From assembly GCA_977018835.1 (NCBI GenBank), contig OZ361257.1, positions 3,162,001 to 3,226,000 of the forward strand: a stretch of DNA of 64,000 bases. Direction: 5' to 3'. The notes under the pieces were generated by a model. The model ran no database searches and was not told the DNA's origin. It saw nothing but the letters and a program-made list of their open reading frames with translations. Shown here piece after piece: positions 1-12,565 of this stretch (its first letter is position 1; every line of letters begins with the position of its first letter). This DNA comes from Minutocellus sp. GHC0000111. Lineage: Eukaryota. Made by a program: the position numbers and the translations under genes.

Positions 1-31
1 AACGTACAACGAATCTCTCCAGCAACTTGAT

Positions 32-1945
32 TTGAGGGATAATTTATTGAATGAAGAGGAACAGGATGCAATAATGGAAGAAGTCGCTGCGTTGCCACGC
101 TCGTTGATTGTATTGGTCAAAAGTAGTCAGCGTCCACGTCCTGCAGCCGCACCGCATCCTCGCCATAATCCAGTTGGCCAACATCACTCGCAAGAGACTG
201 GTGGCCCTGCAGGTAGAAAAATCTCCCCTTTACCGCATGGGGCATTTCCACCTATTGATGGGAAGGATGAAGTGATCGCATTCGACAGCAATGTGGACAA
301 TATCGGTGGCCAGCTTCAGGAGGCTACAGATGCTACACCATCACACCGCCCTTCTCGCCACAATGACGACATGGTCTCGTACAAAGACCGCGCACTTGCC
401 ACGTCAGCACCAACGGGGACCTTAGTAGTAGATGCCCACGACCATGGCGTTATTCCCAAGCACACTGCTCATCTCAATTCGGTCGAGCTTGATGCGATCT
501 GTCAAGCCCTTGAGGAGAACGACGGCAGCATCGTGGAACTGGATCTTGCCGACAGAGGCCTCGGAGATACAGGAACAGATGCCCTTTCGGGGCCAATATG
601 TCAATCCCACACTCTCCGTGTCCTCAATCTCAAAAACAACAACATGACATACGATGGTGTTTCCACTCTGGCTTCATACATGCGATCTACCGACGAAGGC
701 GACGGCAATGGAGAGCCGGCGCCATTCCTTGTACACGCTTTGGAAATCAATATAGGCTGGAATGACATTCTTGATCGCGGAATCGTATCTCTCAGTATGT
801 CTCTGCGAGAGGCCATGGAGCTCCGACGTCTTTTCATCAATAACGCTGCTTTGGCCGATGAGGCTACTGCAGCACTCAGCGACATGCTTAAATGCATCCG
901 AGTAGAACAGCTGCATCTACGACATAATTCTGTGGGTTCCGACGGCGCGGCGCTCCTAAGCGAGGCGCTAAATGACGACGCATCCATGGCTGCGCTACTT
1001 TTGGGGTGGAATGACATCGGCGCAACGGGCGCTGAATTCATTTGTGATTCGTTGCGGCGAAACAAAACTCTTCAAATTCTCGATGTAGATGGTAATGATC
1101 TTGGTAGCGACGGTGCAGCGGCAGTCTCCTTGGCTCTGCGGGACAATACTTCGCTCTCGTCCATTTGGCTTGCCTCGAATAACATCGGTGATCTTGGGAT
1201 CGACAGTTTGTCAGACTCTTTGACGTTCAATTCAACTTTGCTGACTCTTGATTTGGAAAACAATGGAATAACAGCCGAAGGTGGAGCTCTGTTGGCCGTA
1301 GCCTTGAGGCATAATTCAACCCTTGAAAATCTCTGGCTCGGGAGCAACTCAATAGGTGCGTAAAAGGATGCGCTTTTCTTGTTTCTTTCGTGTATGCGCG
1401 CGCAATTTCTGTCTTAACATGTTATCTTTCCTTCTCTTTCATAATCTTGAATTGCAGGCGATGAGGGTGTTGAGTGCATCAGTGATGCGCTGAGCGCAAA
1501 CACCTCCATAAGAGAACTTTCACTTCGCTTCAATGGCATTACAAGTGAAGGAGCGTCCATGATCGCCTCATCATTGAGAGACATATGTCATCTTGAATCT
1601 CTCTGGCTCGGAGGGAATCCCATCCATGATTCCGGAGTTTTGTCGCTCGCAGATTCTCTTTGTGTCAATTCATCTCTTCGGCTTCTCTGTCTGGAGAGCA
1701 CCGGAATCACTGACGATGGAGCCTCCAAAATTTATGCAGCTCTTGAAGAGAACGGCACCATTGCCACGATTCTTCTTGGCTGCAATAAAATTGGTGACAA
1801 AGGCGTCCTTGCCATGATTTATCACGCCCTCAAGGCAAACCGTTCGGCGATGGAGTGGGAGACGTCAGAAAAGGATTGTTTGTATTACATCAAGCAAAAT
1901 GAACATGAAAAGGAAGTTCGTCTCCCAGAAAATCTTTTTTACTAG
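32..1945 (+). CDS. Leucine-rich repeat protein (ribonuclease-inhibitor/NLRC3-like), probably 5'-truncated by the window edge; intron 1356-1457
   Basis: Many 28-aa LxxLxLxxNxIxxxGA repeats. The GTGCGT...TTGCAG intron joins ORF 32..1363 to the frame of ORF 1559..1945 (NSI-G-DEGV). Confidence 0.85.
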
Positions 1946-2625
1946 CTGGCATAGCTAGATACTCCCGAGGTAATTGCGCAGCGCACGTAGCGCAGTTTGA
2001 AGTAATGACTGCCTACAATTATTTGTCTGTGCATAGCCGATATCCAAATCGCCAAGATCCGCTAACTTTACATATATAATAGAAACTTCACCACAATAAA
2101 TATTCGTCTTACTAGTAATTGTTAATTAAAGATACAGTAAATTATTATTATATAGCAACATAATACATTTCATCGTCTCTGCAGGGAGGCGCGCTTCAGT
2201 ATTCTGAGTGGCCGCCATCGCTGCTCTAGCTAGCTAGCTACGTAGCTACCAAAATTGGTAGGGAAGGAATAAAATTTCACTTGTATCAGCACCCATTCTT
2301 TACCCTTCACGCACAGTAGCAGCAGAGATAGCATAGCAAATATTAATACAGATAAATAGATGAGCATGTGTGCGTGCGGATGGGTGTGGTGTGTCAGTGT
2401 GCGGTGGTACAAACATCGGGTATGAAGTCTAGCTAGCTCGACCGAGATGCGATGATGCTGGTTCCGTAGATCTGGTTTTGGTACGTCGTACGGAAAAACG
2501 TAAATAAAGTTATATGCAAACAAATCATACAGGGATACATCAATAAATATATGAACACTCAGTTGCACACTTTCTTCGGTGAAAGGTGGGCATTAGACGG
2601 GGCGCGGCACACATGAATATAATAT

Positions 2626-5600
2626 TCAAGATGCATTGTTGTTGGTGGTGGTGCTTTTGTTGTCGGCTTCCATCCTGGCGATTGCGAATCTGACAGCGTC
2701 TTTATCAGCTGATGCAATGCAGAGATGCTTTCTTCTTTGCTCGTTCCTTCCTTCTTGGAGATCGCTATTAGGTGCCTGACTTCCAATAGGGGCTTCAGAT
2801 GATTGGCCGTCTTCTTCAAAGTCAGTGCCGGGCCACTTGGATGGCAGAGGCGGCGGAGAAAGCATACGTCTCCCCATCCCACGACATTTGTTGGCACTGG
2901 TCGATTCGCCAATACCCAGCGAGAAGGTTTGCGCAGGGGGTGTTATCAGATCCCTTGCGGGTGGAGTGTAAGCCTTTGCACTCGATGGAGGCCTAGCAGC
3001 TACTTGGGACTCGTCCTCGTCATGACCGATGGGAAGACCGAGAGCGCTTTCAGCTCTTGATGATGCCCTTCTGGCGACTCCGTAATACGACGGAATGCCC
3101 CAATTGAGAGATGCCTCGGATTCCTGTCTATTCAAATTGTTGAAATGAGCGAGAAGACTTCCCGACGATCCAAAGGACTGGCGCTTGTTGTGGTCCTGCA
3201 AATTGTTAAGATTGCAGTGCGATCCACTTGGGGTCGAAAGAGTCTCTCCTGATTCCGACCTTGATTTACTCGAAATGGCGGCGAAGTAGTATGGGTCTGT
3301 AGAATCTGTGTTTTGGTGTGGAGTCACAGCAGATGCAGCGTTCAAGCTCATCGACACCCCGTTACTCGCTGTTGCGTCGGGATTTTCACCATCATTCTTC
3401 GGCGATGGCTCCTCTTGGACGATGTCCATACCATATAAGCTAGAGGAAGACGTCTGTGAGAGAATGCGCTGTCCACCGACCTGTACCGATGAGGCTGCTC
3501 TATTCATCGTTGCCATAGAATGAGAGACCTCTGGCGATGGTGAAAAGGTGACAGACCGAGCCTTTTTTAGTTTGGGCACATTGCCTGCGCTTCGCGCCCC
3601 ACCACCTTGTCGCCCCGATTGTCTCGCGCTCAGCTTGGTCGACTCCAAAGTAGAGGAGGATGAAGAGGAGGAAAGGTCTTTCTTGAGAAGTCCTCCGTCA
3701 TTGGTCTCTTCAGATGGACTCTGGCCTTGATGGCCTCCGCATGTCTCTGATATTTCCATTGGCATCGTAGGTAGGTGAGATGATTTGCTGTCGGCCATAC
3801 TCCTTCTCTTCTTTGCTCGCCCACCAGCATATTCGTCGCTATTCTCCGCACTATTTTCCGTTGATAGGTCAGAGTGGAGTTGTGGAATGAATATCACAAG
3901 AGGCAAAGACATTGTGAGATACAAATCGCCCGGACTTGGCTCTAAAGTGTCAGCATCGACCGAAATTATCTACATACCTTTCAGCCCGGGTGTTTTCCAC
4001 TTCTGCATGAATCGTTGCTGCTGCAACTTCCTCAGGTGAGTTGAGGAAGAACATGTCGTTAGAACCCTGGCTTCCATCGCAGCTATCACTCAACGACCCA
4101 TCGTCCAAGTCCGATACGCCTTTGCTTCTTGCCCGGTGCGCATCCATGAGTTTTTGGAGCGAACCCCCAGACTTGGATGGTGTAAGAACTGATCGTACCA
4201 TGAATCCTGGGGGCAACTGCATGCCCGCATTGTGTGACTGGCTGTTTGATGATGCGCCATTGCGTCTTGGGGTTGTCTGGGAGGACGACAGTGGTAGGGA
4301 AGTATGGGAGGAACTTCTCCCGGGCGTCGTTCTAGTTCCGACTGAATGTCTTGAAGTGGCACTCTGATGATCTCCACCGAAGCTTAGGGTCTTGATAGGG
4401 AAGCCATCGTCAACCTTCATTCGGTCCAGCGAATTCGTTGAGGATCCCATTGAAAACGCCAATGAGTTGGAAGACTCAAGACGCTGTTTTCCGGAGAGAC
4501 CGTGACCTTTGTTAAAGCCCGAAAGAAGTCCATCCATGACGGCACCCATATCGTCACCATTGTTTGCGCAAAACTGGTTGGTCGATGGAAACGGAGGTGG
4601 CTTGCTAGAATCAGCCTTTGAAGTAGTACCGAGGCCTCGACGCGAAGAGCTCAACAGCGGGGAGGGAGGGTCATCTTCGCCAAAGAGCAAATAAGCCAAT
4701 CTACCATCCTCCGCTGTCCGCCTTGGACTCAAAAAGGAACCAGGAGAGGAATGAGCGGACGCATTTCGTTGACTTCTGGAAGGATTAGCTTTTGCGGAGC
4801 TTTCCGCCGCCGCTGCTACAGCCCAAGCCGGAGTTTCAATCATTGGGCTGCGTTCCAGCATGCTGCTGCCAGTACTACCACCACCAGGGCTCGTCATGCT
4901 GGCCGGTAGAGGTCTTCGAGGAGAAAGATTGAAACCACGCACAGAGCCTCCGGGCGATGGTCTGGGATGGGAAGGCGCCGCTCCCGTTGGAGGAAGTGGC
5001 GCTGTGGGTTGAGCCGGATGCACTTGGCTCTGGGCGGTAGCGTTGGTAGGCCTAGTGCCAGCATGTAGTGCGACATCAAGGAGTCGATCAAGGTCCCTTG
5101 TAGGCTCCTGGTCCTTTTGGGACTTCTGTCCGGGAGACCCCCCCAACGATTTTGGTCCTCGTGCGTTCTCTTCTAGATTGATGCCCCTGTCGTTTTCCTC
5201 GGTATCAAACGATTTGGTCAATACCATGACGGGAACATGTTTCGGCGAAAATTGTAACTTCAGGGGAGATGGAGAGGTGAATGGTTCGCCATTTTCTCCT
5301 TCTTCGTGTTGCTTTTCTTCGTCACCACCGGCGACGTCAGCGGAAGACATGCCGGTAGAAGTATCAAAACTAGTGTCGAGCGGATTGCTATCGCTACCGC
5401 CGGCGGCGAGAGCAGAGCTCAATCCACTCATGGAACTGATATGGGAGGTACCGGATCCCTGTCGGCGGTGACAAGGTCGACCTCCAAGGAGCATGAGGGG
5501 GTTGGGGCTGGGCGTTCGAGACCGATATGGTCCAAAGCAGCTGCCCCCTCCAACGGAGCTGCCGCCAATCGACCCAAGCGCACTAGATGGGCAGAGACTG

Positions 5601-6727
5601 CCGCCTCGACGTGGAGAAGTCTGCGGTGTCTGCAACATGGTTGTCGGAGTATTGGCTCCAGAAAGGACGTCGTGACTGGAGTTGCTGCTACCGCGTCTTG
5701 AGGTGGGGAAGGTCGCCGTCTCCATACTTCTATTGGACGGGGGGAGGGTGATGGATTCATGCCCTTTTAGGTTGTTGGTATTGTCTTGAGTGTCGTTCTC
5801 TGGAGAAAAGCTGGGCGGCGGGGGTGGCGGTGCGCCAGCAGCAGCCTCGTTGATGTAGTTGTTCGACTGCTGAAGATGACCATCCCTTTGAGGGCTGTGG
5901 ATGGACATGCCCTCGAGCCCAATGCTTCCTGGCGACATTGGATGAGGAGTCCTTTGACACGTTAGCTGGCTGGGCGAAGAAGATACTCTGGCGACCGCCT
6001 CGCCAACCCCAGCACCAATTCTTGCGTTCGAATTCGATAGAGAGGAACTGAAGGGGCCGTTGGCACTGTAGGCCCTTCTCTTGCGACCTCGTTCCGAGAA
6101 CATCGAGGAGTTGATTCGCCCCTGAGGTGGGTGGTGCAATTGCTGATGCGGTTGAGCGGAAGACGACACCTGCTGCACCGGGAAGGGCCGTTGCTGCCTA
6201 GTTTGGCTACTCCCGGTGGAACTGTCCGAGGAAGGAACCCCAACACTGACCACGCCTGCTCCCTTCGGGGCGAATAGCACGCGGCCCTGAAGTCCTTTGG
6301 GCCGAAGGAAAGAGGTGTACGACGTGGCGGGGGCTCGGGGTGGCGTCTTGCCGGACGGAACTGGCCTGGTAAGTGCCCGACGCGATGGTGACGAACCGTT
6401 CGAACCGGGATTTGATCGGATTGGTCGACTGGACGCCGAGGGGAAGAAGGATTGATCAGGGGTCACGTAATTCTTCCCGGGGCTAGACGAGAAAGACGAT
6501 GAGTCGAAGCTATCGCTCTCCCCGGTCTCGAAATGAGCCATGGTCGGACGACAGCCAGTGCTGCTATCCTCGTCCGATGGGAAGGGATGGCTGCCCCTCG
6601 AAGTAAAAGCAGCGATGCCATCAGGAGCAGAGTTGGTGGCGGCAGCGGCGGCGGCAGTGCCACCGGTACTAGTAGGAGGCGCCGGCGTCTCTCCTTCATG
6701 GGTGCCAAACCCGCCATCATCAATCAT
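2626..6727 (-). CDS. Large Ser/Pro-rich low-complexity protein of unknown function; intron 3851-3977; start uncertain
   Basis: The 934-aa and 432-aa ORFs are joined in frame by a GTATGT...AATAG intron (RAE-S-AENSD). The first in-frame ATG is at 6727. No domain recognised. Confidence 0.65.
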
Positions 6728-7118
6728 CTCTGGCTGAAGAAAAGGGGTCACCACCGCATGTGTGCCTCCGCTTGCGCTGGCAATGCCGTCCCTGGCATTC
6801 CGCTGCCGCCTGCTGTTGCTGCTGCTGCTGCCGTCGCCGATACCGACGCCGCCGCGGAGCCGTAGACATTGGCACTCCCTCCGAGTCGGTCACGATCACC
6901 GCGTACGCTCTCGCTGATATCGATTTCCCGGCCAGCTGATGCGCGCGCGGAGTACAATTTCGCAGTACCCCTTTTTTGTTCATGTTTTTACTTGCTTGAT
7001 GTGATTTAAGTTTAGGGGGGGATCCTCCTCATCTGGGCAGACCCCACATACAAACTGTTTGATGTGGATCTCATCAGGTCCCGACCGAGTTTATTGACGG
7101 CGATGTGGAGGAGGCTCG

Positions 7119-8025
7119 TCAAAGGATTCTAAGCTGGTCCATGTACCTCCAAAGGAGCTTTGGGTGGATCAAATCGTCAACCTCATGCACGATGCAGTTT
7201 GTCACCTCGAATGACTCCAGGATTTTGGCGCCATTGACCGTAACACCGCCATCTTCCTCGCCACCAAACCCAAGGAAGCCGCCCTTCTTGGTCTTTCCAA
7301 TGGGCAGGTCACCCTTTTCACATTGAACATTTGCATGATAAGACAAAAGATGGGACAAAAGGAGTCAGAGTGAAATGCATTGATATTACGTACAGTAGTC
7401 ATACCCTCCAAAACGAAAAGCTCCTCATGTGTTGCAATTATTTATGTCAGCTGTACATGCATGCACTCACCCCCAGTGTCTTGATGCCGCCGGTATTGCT
7501 GTCATAGATTTGCTTGGACGACACAGGTGCAGCGATCGCATGATATCTGCCAATCTTTTCGGTCGTCTCCAGATTCCTTGGGTCGTTCAACTGCAGCAAT
7601 TTCTTTTCGCCGAGCTTATCGAACGCCTTGTTATTCGGCGCAAAGATTGTGTATCCTCCATCGCCCGTGGAGAGCTCCTTCCAAATGTCCTGATTCGACA
7701 AGAGTTGCATGAATGTTGGATACTTTTGGTTGAGAAACATCTCCATGACCCTCGTGTCGAACGGCTTCTTCTCGTCATCGGAAGACGATGTGCCCCCTTC
7801 GGCGGCGGTGGCAGCATCAGAGCTCGTGGCAGACGCATCATCACCAGCCGTGGCCCACAGCCGCCGCGGCTGCTGCCGCGAGGTCAGGGCTTGACGAGGA
7901 GGTGCAGCGTATTGCTGCTGATGGGGAAACTGAAAGGCGCTGCATGATGGAACCACACTGCCGACAGTTGCCAGCAGTGCAAGGTAGCATGCTGCTGCCA
8001 CGACGCTACTTGGTCTCAACGTCAT
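7119..8025 (-). CDS. Fasciclin (FAS1) domain protein with bipartite plastid-type presequence; intron 7314-7470
   Basis: YTIFAPNNKAF (H1), YH and IVHEVDDLI (H2) FAS1 motifs. Signal peptide ends CSA-FQFP. The GTGAGT...AAAAG intron joins KTLG|GDLP. Confidence 0.85.
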
Positions 8026-8274
8026 CGTTCGAATTCGCAAATGACGAGGAATGGCGCGAAGCAAAAGTGCGGGCATTGAGAGGTGCGTCGCGTACAAAAT
8101 GTTCACGTTTTGCGTTTAGAGTTTTCGCTTTTAAGGTTTTCGTCTGGCCGTCGCCGCGTTGTTCCTCATTCTTCATTCTCGGCCGCCGCCGCGCGCGCGC
8201 CGCCGCTCGTTTGCATTTTGCATTTGCAGCCAGCGCATGCATATCTTTTTCTTCGGCACCAACCACCACCGAAG

Positions 8275-9675
8275 ATGATCCGTGGAGCCATCTCCATCGC
8301 CAGCCGCCGATCGGCGGCAATCGGAGGCAGCAACTTCTTTGCCGCCACTTCTTGCCAGAGCCGGCCCATTTCTGCCACGGCCTTCTCCGCCATCTCGGCA
8401 AGGACCATCCCAACCCTCCAGTCCTCCGTTGGGCTCGATAGCGATGACGAAGGCGACGCCATGCCCCCCAACAACTGCCATGGGTCTCTCACCAAGATCG
8501 TGGCGACTATCGGCCCCACTTCCGAGCAGCTTCCCGTCCTGCAGGAACTCGTCCTTCCTGCTATGTCTGATAAGGATAAGGTTGATATCAAGTACGGAAT
8601 GACCAAGGATGTGGACTTTGTTGCCGCCTCCTTTATTCAGAATGCCGACGGCGTGCGAGAGATTCGCAAGTACATGCAGGACTGTGCTCGGGAACTTGGA
8701 TGGCATGTATCGCAGCCTCTTCCTCTTATCATTTCCAAGATTGAGAGTACAACCGGAGTCAAGAACTTTGACGAAATTCTGGAAGAGAGTGATGGCATCA
8801 TGGTTGCGAGGCGATCTTGGTGTGGAAATTCCCATCCAAACCGTAACCAATGCCCAAAAGGAGATGGTGGCCGCATGCAATGCTGCTGGAAAGCCAGGTA
8901 CGTTATGACATATTCAGAGAAAAGTATGGTGATATCTGATTTTTAGCTTTGCGTTATTTCCTTTGAGCAGGTTGGCATACTAGTACATACATTTTCTTAC
9001 ATCAGCTTTTCCATCGTATCCATTGCAACAAAACCAAAAGTTATCGTGGCGACGCAGATGCTCGAGTCGATGGCGAAGAATCCTCGCCCAACACGTGCGG
9101 AGGTTGCTGATGTGACCAATGCGGTTTACGATGGAGCTGATGCAGTGATGCTGAGTGGAGAAACAGCCAAGGGGCGGTATCCCGTTGATACTGTCAAGAT
9201 GATGTCAAATATTATCAAGTCGGCAGAAAAGTTTGAGAATCGCAGAGACGATTTGGTTATTCCTCACATTGGAAAGTGGAAGACGCATGATAACCTTGCC
9301 GAAGTGACTCTGGCCAAGAGTGCCGTAACGGCTGCTCAGGAGCGAAATGCCAAGGCAATTCTCGTTTTGACTTCTAGGGGTACTCTTCCCCGCTTCGTTT
9401 CGGCGTACCGACCTTCAGTCCCCATCATTTCGTTCTGCCCCAATGGCAAGGTAGCCAAGCAGCTTATGCTGAACCGTGGTATTCACCCTGTTATTGGCCT
9501 CAATGGTGTTTCAATGCCCAAACGCCCAATCCGTGCCATCCGCCACGCCGTTGAGATGGGATTTGTCAAGGAGGGTGATGATGTTGTTGTTGCAACGATG
9601 GAAGCTGATGAGGACATGGGCACTATCGCGACACTCAAGGTTGCTACCGTTCCGGCGGGAGTTGTGGAGTCGTAA
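8275..9675 (+). pseudogene. pyk: Pyruvate kinase with mitochondrial-type presequence, apparently disrupted by an internal deletion at ~8553 and a frameshift at ~8810; intron 8898-9040
   Basis: [51 protein letters not shown] and [12 protein letters not shown] motifs are present. The ARLNFSHG/DTKGPEIR motifs and the B domain are absent, and MVAR|GDLG is split between frames. Confidence 0.75.
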
Positions 9676-9880
9676 AGAACTGGGAATATACTTGTGGGAA
9701 CGTCACGACGCATCCATGTAGGAATTTCTATGTATGAACTCACTTTTTGTATGATTTCTCCATCTATGCAAATGTTATCGGCATTCCTTTCAAGTGCTTT
9801 GAACTACTTAATCAATAGACTTTGGATCATTAGAGTTTTGAGGTAAGCGGCTGCCTTTACATTTTTTTTTAATTTTAAGC

Positions 9881-10105
9881 TTACATCGGCGATGGGAAGG
9901 CAGTCTCTCCCTTCAGCATAGCTCTGCCGACCTCCCGAGGCCAAGTGATTAGTTTTTCCATGAAGTCAGTAGCTTGTTTGATGAACGGAAACACATCCTC
10001 GAAGGGCAATAGGAGGATCCACCACCAAGCGATGAACCATGACAGTGGATAGGCAATAAATATGAGCAGAAGAGCCCAGACGATGGAATATGCAATTTTC
10101 TCCAT
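9881..10105 (-). CDS. Small hydrophobic membrane protein of unknown function
   Basis: 74-aa ORF from ATG 10105 with a long Trp-rich hydrophobic N-terminal segment and protein-like composition. Confidence 0.65.
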   Translation of the reverse strand: MEKIAYSIVWALLLIFIAYPLSWFIAWWWILLLPFEDVFPFIKQATDFMEKLITWPREVGRAMLKGETAFPSPM

Positions 10106-10938
10106 TTTCAATTATTCTTTTATGCCGAAGCAGTGTGCAGAGGTACCGATCGTTTATACAGAGGAAGAGAGCACGTTCACACAAAGGGTTAGAAGTCAAG
10201 AGGATGAATGAAGTGTGAATTCACGCGACATCAAGGAATCCGCTCTCTGAATAATAACTCGCGGGGTGGTGCTATCGCTACTCTAGTAGCTAGACTAGCT
10301 ACGTAGTATTCTACGTAGCTAGCCTAGTATTGCCTCCATCGGTCACGTCAGCACTCGTGTTGCGGCGTCACCGACAACGAAGCCGCTTCCTTCGATCTGC
10401 CCTTTGTCGACCCGAGGCACCACCATAACAAAACACCGCAGCCGGTTCTGCGTGCGTACTTAATCACTGGGAAATTTACACAATGGTGCGGAGTAATCTA
10501 CCTTTCGAGGAGAGGAGAGCAAGATGCCGATCGATTCTTGCAGAAGAGACTGAAAAGAATGAGCAGACGAGCAGAAATCATGCATCTGGTACCAACCATG
10601 AGGAGAATGGTAATGCCGACAGGAGTGTGGAAGTTAGTTGGTGTGGGGTGGTGGAGGTTGGATGATGATGGCGATTGATGATTGATGGCGAAGATCTGCC
10701 GGTAGCAGTGCCATCTTGCACTCAAGCACATTCAAATATGGGCATCTATGTTTTATGAACAATGCTTAGGAATTCCTACAGCTGTAGCTAGACTTCTATT
10801 AGGTTTAATTCGAACCATCTGGCTGTCTAGCTGGGAAATGCCGGGGGGACCGGGCGAAAACACCGTCTACTCCAACGAAAAGAGAGAGAGATTTACATGT
10901 TCCTGCGCACCTGCTTCTGCTGCACTCATCATTATGGT

Positions 10939-11927
10939 TTAGAATACATTCGCCTTGATCTTGTAGCAAATCTTGGAACCATCCTCAGGAAGATTGATGA
11001 CCAAGCCAGCTTCGAAGGTTCCTGCCTTTCCATTTGGAGAGCAAGTGACGGTCAATTCAGTGGTCTCACCGCCCCGTCGATCCATTCTTCCCACGGCCGG
11101 TGCAACAGAAAAGGATGGATGAGATTCCGCAGTGAATCCAGCAAAATAGTCCTCGAAAGTCATACACGTCGGGGCGACGTCAAGAACAAGGTCGGACCCA
11201 GACGAACTGGCGGCCACCTGCATCTCCACCTCTGTGGGAGGAGGGAACTGATCCAACTCGAACGTCATATCATCAGGAATTTCTTCCGCCTGCTCAATGC
11301 CGCCAGTCACGACGGCATCGGCGCCGAGGTTCTCCATTCCGGGAAGCTGAGGCCCATCGCGTCCCTGACCCATCGAGGCTTGAGATCCGCCCATACCAGA
11401 TGTGAAGGCAATCTCCGCTTCAGGATCGTACCCCTCGGGGTAGAAATCGCCGGTATCCTGTGGGGGAAGGCATGGTCAAGAAGCGATGAGTGATCACATC
11501 ATTGAAAGGCGACATTATTTGTACATTTTGGGAAATATGGCCAACAATTGTTCATCAATACGAGTAGTTATGTCTTCCGAACCACATGAACCTACGGCGA
11601 GTGTGGATCCAACTCCTTCCGGTGCAAAAGTGAATTCTGCAACTTACCGTACTTCCCATCTTCTCACTGCATTGATCGCACGGAGGAAAAAAGAAAAAAA
11701 CGCCGAAGAAAAGTTAGCATCAGCATTCAATTGCTGTGGATTAGGCGCATGTCCGATCCATACCGATCATTCGCATCCATCACCCACCTGTCGGGCTTCC
11801 ATGTATTTCCCCCGAGCTCCACATTCCCTTCGCGGCCGATGGCAAGGCTAGTACCCGCTCGGCGCGTCAGGGAGGGAGAAAATGCCGCGGCAGATCCGAC
11901 AAGGAGAGTAGAGACAGCGAGCTTCAT
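10939..11927 (-). CDS. Plastid-targeted protein of unknown function; exons 11927-11788, 11666-11648 (19 nt), 11457-10939
   Basis: MKLAVSTLLVGSAAA-FSPS presequence. Canonical GT-AG sites give a continuous frame WKPD-SEKMGST-DTGDFYPEG. Confidence 0.8.
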
Positions 11928-12565
11928 GGCTTGGGGGAGGGGGAGGGGGGATACGAGTACGGTAAATAGAATGAGACGAACAGTGATGTCAGTGGACGTA
12001 CGTGTAGTCGAGTGAGTCGAGTAAATCGAGTCGAGTTAGTCCACACGAAAGCATTTCCATCATGTTTTTTCTCGGCCAAGGCGACAAATCTAAATATTGA
12101 AGTAGATCTACCGGTTCCGGTACATGTAAACGCATGATTCCGTCCAAGGCTGGTCGTTAAGTAAGGCAATTAGTTATCTATTGCGATCTACAGCATGCAC
12201 CGCTTTTCTTTCTTTCTGAACGTGCTCCCCACTGTTGTTGTGTACATGTAGATCTATTGTCTGGACTGGACTGCATTTTTCTCCTCTTCTAGACTCTAGA
12301 ACACCCGGGACCGCGGTTATCCGCATTGCTCTGAGTGCTACCAGCTCTTGGACCTTCCATTTCTAAGGTACATGAAAATCTAATGTTGCAATATGTACGT
12401 AGTACGTGTGTGTGCATTGCGCGCGAAGGATCTATTCTCCCAAAACCAGCCCAAAACAGCTATGATGTTGCGCTTCCCTGCAAATGATTGTAAGAAAATA
12501 AAAATGAGGGCATGAAAGGCAAGAAGTATTTTCTCTTCGCCACGAACCATTCTTTTATCGGCCAC

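Noticed and set aside
10483..10665. 60-aa ATG ORF
   Set aside because: Short, no motif, no supporting exon structure.
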